A stretch of DNA of 64,000 nt from Basidiobolus meristosporus CBS 931.73. Taxonomy: Eukaryota > Fungi > Basidiobolomycota. The stretch lies in assembly GCA_002104905.1 (NCBI GenBank), contig MCFE01000037.1, positions 1 through 64,000 of the forward strand. The letters run 5' to 3'. Below are positions 57,223 through 64,000 of this stretch, in pieces. Below the pieces are notes generated by a model. The model was not told the origin of the DNA. It searched no databases and saw only the letters and a list, made by a program, of their open reading frames with translations. The first letter of the stretch is position 1; each line of letters starts with the position of its first letter. Both the position numbers and the translations under genes were made by a program.

Positions 57223-57671
57223 GCATGATATTCTCGGGCTAAATATCAATTACCATCTTCATAAAAAGAATCATTAATTATATGACCACTCATTCTTGAG
57301 TGACTCAATATTGACTATAAGGCACTATTTTTGTAATAAATGAGTCGGTTCATTTTCAGTGAAATTATTATACGTGGGTTTTTGGGATTAAAGAGTCTGA
57401 TTCTCACACCAGGCGTTATCTTCCCAGTCTTCACAGAAGAGATACAACATGCTTAGCTTTGTTTTCAATCACTATCTACGAGCTAGAATACGGATACTAT
57501 AGAGTTTCTATATTGTGACCAGCCAGCCAAGGATTTAATATTCATTTTGAGGTAGCACTCAGTAGTAAAAGTGTAGAAGAGAAATATAATACAGATAGCG
57601 GTAGGTTCATGGTAACATTACTTTCTAATCAGTACTTTACAGTAGGTCCGACGGTTGCTTCCTATCCGTGA

Positions 57672-59390
57672 CTAGTGTCGGATATTCGGAACCAGGGAAG
57701 CAGTGAATAGAATGGCCAGAAGATTGATGAACAGGAAGATGCAGAACGTATAAGAGTTAAGCTTTTCGTTAAGCACGGGGGTGAGCAACCCAACTGAGAA
57801 TGTGCATCTATTGATGATCCAACTGGGTTAGTTCTGGTCAATACTTCCAGTAGAGTGCAAACTTACATCCAGCCGATGTTATTAGCCATCGAAACCACCG
57901 CACTGACAGCTGAGGTTGGCATCATTTCTGGGATCATGACTACGGTGATTGGGCCAAGACCGATGGCAAAGGAGCCTACGAATATGATGGCTTTAACGGT
58001 TCATTAGTTTCGAAACAACTACCAGAGGTACAATTATAATACACACCTCCAGTAACAACTGCAGCATCAATAGAATTCAACGAGGACACCACCAAAATTA
58101 TCGACGCAATTACCATTCCCACTTCGCTGATCAGGAGTAGGGTCTTCCTGCCAGCCCGTTCAATTACCATGGCAGATATGAATGTCATCATCATGTTCAT
58201 GGCTGCGATACCGACGGTGACCAGCTCCGCCTTTTGAGGGCCGAAAACTCGTTCGAAAATGGACGTTGAGTAATAGACGATGCCGATAATCCCCGAAAGC
58301 GGTTGAAAAGCGAAGAGTGTGATCCCAATCAAAGCCGCTTTTCGTAGCTTGTTGTCACGCAGGATCTGGAAGATGTTCAAAGGCTTCACGGTCTCAATAA
58401 CCGTTATGCCTGTTTCAAGGCTAACCCCTATCTTACTCATTCTAAAGGTATTTGAAGGGCTTTTGGGACTTTTGCAACTCACGGAGCTTCTAGGGCTCAT
58501 GGGATCTTTTGGTAACACCGGGCTCGCGCATGAGTTCCTGGAGTAAAGCGATGCGCGGGAAGGTGTCGGTACCTTTTGCGAATCCAGCATTTCCTGGAAC
58601 TCTTGCTCAATGTGGTATCCACGGCGTAATCTCTCCAACGAGGCCCTTGCCCTTGCCATATCCCCTTTAAGAATTAGGAATCGAGGTGTCTCTTTACAAA
58701 AAGGCAATAGACACAGCTGTAGCAAAGCTGGACCAATGGTTCCACCCATCAACCATCTCCATCCAGGGATGCCGATGAATGGGATGCAGAGTCCCTGAGA
58801 AACAAATATTCCCAGCATCTGGGAAAGCTCCAAGCCGATCCCCAATGACCCTCTTAATTTTTCAGTAGAGATCTCAGCTAGATAGGCTGGCACTGCCACA
58901 CCAACCACGCCACTAGCAACTCCTACCAACACCCGGCCAATAGTAAAGATCGGTATGGAGGTGCTCATGGACAACATCAAGCCACCAATTAGAAAGAGAA
59001 TGTTATTCCAGAAGAGGGTTTTCTTGCGGCCGTATTGAGCCGTCAGGCTACCAGCTAAAGTGCTACCTATTAGGCCACCGATTGCAAAAATCCCCACCAC
59101 GAATCCCCTGATGGTGTGCAGATAACAGCGTTAACACAGATTCTCAAACAGATATGGACACACACTTACCAGGTCCATGGGGTCATGGGCAGACAATCGG
59201 GAAAGTAAGAGGCGGAGTTGCTGTTGGGGACGCAATTTATAATTGTCCCCTGAGAAATATTTGGCACGCCTGCGTTGTAACCGGCATTGAACCCACCCAG
59301 GATGGCGGTGAAGGCGCAAAACAATACGTATCCAGAGGCCCTTTGCTCTCTAGAATCCAACAATTCATTGGGGACTGACATGCTTTTCAT
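57672..59390 (-). CDS. MFS sugar-porter (GLUT-like) transporter, 4 exons
   Basis: GGFNAGYNAGVPN, VGIFAIGGLIGS, YGRKK, GRVLVG, YLAEISTEKLRGSLG, ETPRFL, IERAGRKTLLL and GSFAIGLGPI. The predicted C-terminus VPNIRH* is unusually short. Confidence 0.9.
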
Positions 59391-61027
59391 TGAGATTCTT
59401 CACAATACAAAGGGTGATCTGGTTAAAGAGGATACTGGAGAGTATAAGGTTGTTGTCTATTGAAGGAGGATGTCAATCTCGAACTTTGAGAAAATGACTG
59501 ACGAGGCTCTAGAGGCTGAGCGGCTCATATTTTATATACGAAGCACGACCCACATCGTCTGAACTGTCATTGTGCAGGGTGGCCCGATGAGCTCATAGAC
59601 GAAATAGAATGGCTGATTGATGAAGAGTGGATATTTTCCAAAGCAAAGGACATATTGTATAATGTACTGCACTGCAGGAGGGAGAAATCCAGAGGGTGGA
59701 AGGTGATTGTTGTTCACCCTGGAGTGGGGTGGCGGGCTTGCCAATGGGCTTGCCAATATATCCCCATTCACCACAAACATATGACATTGACACCCTATAG
59801 ATATATCCCATTGTTCGCGTCCGGGTGCAGGTGAACTGATCTAATTAAAAGGCACTCTACCTCATTTTAATGGCGCAAATCCATCCCTTCGTGCAAATCC
59901 AGTTGTGATCGATCACTGCTCGACCAGAGTTTCGGAATACTCCCTGGTTGGTAGTGTGCCAATGGGCGTTTGCATAAACCGGTAGAATACTCATTCATTT
60001 ACAGTGTAATGTCATAGCTATTCTTTGCCAACACACATGATGTCATAGAGAGACTCTATCCCGCCGCCATAATGGATACCCTGTTCTCAATAGATGGGTT
60101 GGGGACAGAAGGACTCTAAATGCGAAGGGACAATGACATTGGAGACCTAAAAATAACCTACATCTCGACAAGCTAAGCTTCCGTGGGTGCCCAGCGAATT
60201 GCATTCCAAATCTAGATTGTACAGCATATGGACGTCAAGTCACCCCACATACCATTCGCACCACTCGCCGAAAGCATCTTTGGATGCAATTACGTGCTCC
60301 TTCACACTCTTCTCCCTTCCTATGCTGCATTTGTAGGACATATTTAACCCGTGGATGAGATATGACGCATGCAAATGAGTCAACTGAAAAGTCGGGCCCA
60401 CACGCCTGTGGTACAAGCCTGACTGATGTCATCAAGCCTATTTTTAGGTCGGAGATTTATGTGTGCTGATCAGCATTATTTGTCGTTTGTCTTGGACAAA
60501 GGGTAATCCATGTCTAACGTTGGGGATCTACGCTCTCAGTAATGGAGAAAACCACTACGAGCAAGGTGTATGTACGAACAGTGTATGCATGAACAAGTGA
60601 TGGTTATTTGGAAAGAGCTGGCTAAAGTTTCGGGAATCAGTTGGCTAAAAATCCCCCACCAAGGTCTAGAGGGTGTCTACACGAGGTGATATCCTAAATG
60701 GTCTTGGTCAAATTCGGTTTAAATGCAGTGGAGGCACCCCGCAAATTTTCGTCTATCTATTCACCTGCTCCGAAACCATGCTAACCCACTCTGCCGCCCG
60801 TGTTCAAGTAAGTACCTTTCTCCTTTTACAAACCACTCTCAGAGACTGACATCCGGAAAGGTGGCTCTTCGCAGCCCTAGTATGCGCCGCTTTATTGGCC
60901 ACACCAACATCCAGCCACAAAAAAGCAAGGGTCTGGTTAAGCCGCTGGCTACGCTCACTGGAGTTTCAGTGTTTGTCTACGCCTGCATGAGGTCCTCGCT
61001 TGCCATCGGAAAGCACCCATAAAACCT

Positions 61028-61135
61028 AAAACGATCAATAAACTATTTGCACCGGTTTATCTGCGCTGTCCATGAAAAATCCAAAATGATCAATAAACTA
61101 TTTGAGCTGGTTTATTTGCGTTGTCCATGAAAACC
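61028..61135. repeat. Two-copy 55-bp direct repeat
   Basis: AAAAYGATCAATAAACTATTTG...GGTTTATYTGCGYTGTCCATGAAAA at 61028 and 61083, just 3' of the CRD-like gene. Confidence 0.8.
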
Positions 61136-61261
61136 ATTCATACGCCGATATACAAAATTTTCTAAGGTCCATCCATTCGCTTCTCCTTGTGCTCCACCTC
61201 TGGCTCCAAGTCACTCTCGTCGGAATCCTAAACAAGTGATGAGTCATTCTGGTGAGCACTA

Positions 61262-62280
61262 TCAAGCCTCCATGGATGTTACCTCCAGAACAAATATCTC
61301 CCGGCTCATTCGAGCTTGGTATACAGCAGCGGTTGTGGTTTTCATCTCCGGGTCTTCCGTTGGCCCCCACACTTGTTTGTATCTGAGCTTCCTTTGACGA
61401 AGCGTACGGAGGAACAACGCCAACCCCACTGCGCCCACGCCTCCTACCACAGCGATCACCAGGAAAGCAAGCAGCCATGTGTGATTCCTTGAATCATCAC
61501 CAAGTTTTACATGTTCACCATCCACCCTCGACTGACTTGGACCTGAGATAAGTGGTAGGCTCAATGGATTATCAGGCATAGGTTTCTTGAGCTCAAGATC
61601 GTCCTGAGACAGTACTAGAGGTGCGCTATCGTTACCGGTACTCTTTTCATTTTTGGAGGGCGAAGGATTCTTTCCGCTCAACGGATATTGACTTGAGTAT
61701 GCAAAGCAGTCACTAGAGTTGTGGAACGCTTGACTGTCGAGATTTTTCTCAAGCACCGATTTGTCAAGATATGTCACCGAGTTCTTGCACACTGAAAACG
61801 CATGATCGCTACACACAAAACATCAGCCTAGGCGATTCCGAATGAGGATTTTGGGCTACTAACATGACTAGAGGACACGCCGGATAAATAGCACGCGTTA
61901 TCGGATCACACTTCCGGTACGCCGAAGCACACAGCATGTCTCTAATGGCGAGGAAACACTTTGCATCTGCACTCGCGTAGCCTTCCATGCTGATTTGATT
62001 GAAGAGCACTGGTGGCTGCTGATTAGAACCGCTACCACTGCAGAGCCATCTTACCACGAACCTTTGATTTTGTCCTCAGCCACAGCGGTGTTGTTGATTA
62101 TCGTATCATAACCAACATCCTGGCACATGCTTGATGGATTATTCAAGGGCCCGCAATAACTACCGCTGCCTTGGATTTCAACATCAGTTAACCAATTGAC
62201 CTCGTCAACCAGAGTTACCAGAGCCTACCAAGGGTTACCAGGGCTCCGCCCAATAATAGAGTGCACCATCTTGAAGCCAT
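61262..62280 (-). CDS. Single-pass membrane protein with Frizzled-CRD-like cysteine-rich ectodomain, 4 predicted exons
   Basis: Predicted: signal MASRWCTLLLGGALVTL|GSGSYCGPL...MCQDVGYD...|...KCFLAIRDMLCASAYRKCDP...YPACPL..|DHAFSVC...DCF, then an S/P-rich stalk, TM WLLAFLVIAVVGGVGAVGLALFL and a short basic tail. Confidence 0.65.
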
Positions 62281-62676
62281 TGGTTCGTATTGCTCAAACT
62301 GCTCTTCAATGCGGACAGGTGGATGGCAAACAATCTGATATATACTGGATCCATTGACATCCCCTAAATTCCCCGAGATGAGGAGTGGCATGTACCCAAT
62401 CTAGTGGATCTCTATGGATCAAACGGCCACCAAACATATGTATGATAACGGCTGCTCACTGTTACACTCGTTGATGTCCGACACAAACCTGTAACATTTC
62501 CTGTACCAGCTATCACGCCCAACTGTAACGGTCGAAATTTGCAATCGTATTTGGTATTTTATATGGTGTGAGGATCATCCAGAATGGGTGGGGATGGTGA
62601 TCTATGCATTAAACCCCAAATGCCAACCAACTTGCTGGCGAGCATTGTTAAAGTTACAACAGTGTTTAGCAATTAT

Positions 62677-64000
62677 TTACAACTTGAGGGATTTCAAAAG
62701 CTGGGTACAAACATCCTTGTACTCCCACGGATGTCCACTCAACCGGCTGAACCTTATCCCGTGAAGCCCAAGAAGCAACGCAACCTTTACAATTGTTATT
62801 TGGAAGCACAAAACCCCCTCTTCACCTCGGACGACCTCAGCGATCGGTTCGTCGCCCTCATCCTCAGAGGTACTTTCATCCGAGAACGACCCCGACTCCC
62901 TCCTCTCGTCGGAGCAGCGGTCTGGGCTTGGTGTGGCATCAGAATTGTCGGGAAACAGCGCAGACTTGTGGCCCCGCAGTCCAAGCCGGGAACTCCAGTT
63001 CCGCTGTGGCTCTGGTGAGAGTAGAGTTTTGTTGGGTTCGTGTTTGCGATTTAAACGCCTGTTAGGCTTGTAGATGCATTCAAAGTATCCTTTTCCTTCG
63101 CGCCATTCAATCCCCAGCGCGTCTAAGGATTTTACGATATTCAACCGTATGGCGGCTGGCTTTTTGGTAGTAGTGGTCGTCACAGAAAACAGTCCTTTGA
63201 GGAATACCGGCCTGATGTACGCATCAGCGGTGCAGCTCGGACTCTGCGGCGGTGTTTGTCTCTGGGACTCGGTGGGTGCACCGGTTAGCAGTATGGTTGG
63301 TAAAGGCTCTTGGTGTTGAGCTGGCTCGGGACATACTTCGGCATCGTCCTGGCGCTTGGACTGCGAGGTATGCATGGATTTACTGCGTGACACGGCATCG
63401 TTGGATGATTTTTCGCTTTTGGATTTCTGGCTACCATACCTTCCCATTGCGGGTCGGAGGGCTTGGCTGATGCGACGAAAGACTTTCCCGGAACTGGACT
63501 CTGGTTGGATGACGCCGGTTAGTGATTAGTGCTGAGGTGCTTGAGAATTCCATGGTGTTACCTGAGAAGGATTTTTTGATTTTTCGGATTGAATCCTTGC
63601 GCTTTTCGGCTGGGGGCGGCGTTAGGTGTTGGCTCTGGGGCACAACGACCGGAGCTTGCACTTTTTCGCGATCCATCTTCTCCTGCACCAGGTAATAAAT
63701 GGATAGAAGGGGGTGGCGGAAGTGATCGTGCTGTTCCTTATATGCTTCACTCTCCAAGACACCCTCCAGCTGAGCCCGAATACTCTCTTCACCACCAAAC
63801 TCGAATCCGGCCATCCGTTTGATCACATCACCATCCAATGGTGATGCAAGTGGCTTACGTTGAGGAACATGACTCTCGACAGGGCTTTCATAGTCAATAT
63901 TCATCCACGGGTGCTGAATGATCTCATCCATTGTTGCTCGCTCTGAGGGATCGGCCACCAGTATTCTAGATAAGAGACTCTTGCACTCTGTTATGTGGTC
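62677..64000 (-). CDS. KIN1: Kin1/Kin2 (MARK/Par-1 family) Ser/Thr kinase, 3' part (kinase domain lies beyond the window)
   Basis: Kinase end ECKSLLSRILVADPSERATMDEIIQHPWMN, HPLLSIYYLVQEK, VFLKGLFSVTTTTTK and KA1 domain FQITIVKV.LL.LHGIRFSRLSG..W.YK.....LL..LKL*. An intron at ~63501-63561 joins the two ORFs. Confidence 0.93.

Noticed and set aside
63431-63561. Apparent frameshift between the two Kin1 ORFs
   Set aside because: Explained by a canonical intron (GTAACA...CTAAC...CCAG) that restores SFSESSSGKVFRRISQAL.
1-64000. tRNA, rRNA and snoRNA genes
   Set aside because: No cloverleaf with T-loop GTTCRA plus A/B boxes, no rRNA-like sequence and no convincing C/D box pair were found by eye. 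A tRNAscan-SE/Infernal run would be decisive.

Overview
Eukaryotic, fungal-type genomic DNA with short GT-AG introns and CTAAC/CTRAY branch points. The gene set looks like an early-diverging fungus (Zoopagomycota/Mucoromycota-like); this is inference, not a database match. Layout: (1) 1-5.4 kb is a decayed, strongly CpG-depleted Ty3/Gypsy retroelement plus a ~400-bp foldback. (2) A secreted three-domain protein at 6.7-8.1 kb: bacterial-type DUF3472-like domain, hevein/CBM18 chitin-binding module and an unassigned C-terminal domain. (3) A housekeeping block: neurofibromin/IRA RasGAP, STIMATE-family membrane protein, double-finger GATA factor, PEX39-like, UBA1, CWC25, RPS22/uS8, a GTPase-less Grn1-domain protein, DIS3 and PSF1, with small MITE-like repeats. 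(4) The dominant feature, 41.4-57.2 kb, is a tandem array of seven intact secreted GH20 beta-N-acetylhexosaminidase genes. Their coding sequences are nearly identical but the spacers are unrelated, they carry two mosaic active-site-proximal allotypes, and a sugar-porter gene with non-canonical binding residues follows. (5) A Frizzled-CRD-like single-pass membrane protein and the 3' part of a Kin1/MARK kinase. Several 1-2 nt frameshifts in conserved genes suggest residual assembly indel errors. No tRNA, rRNA or CRISPR array was recognised. Gene models and counts are manual.
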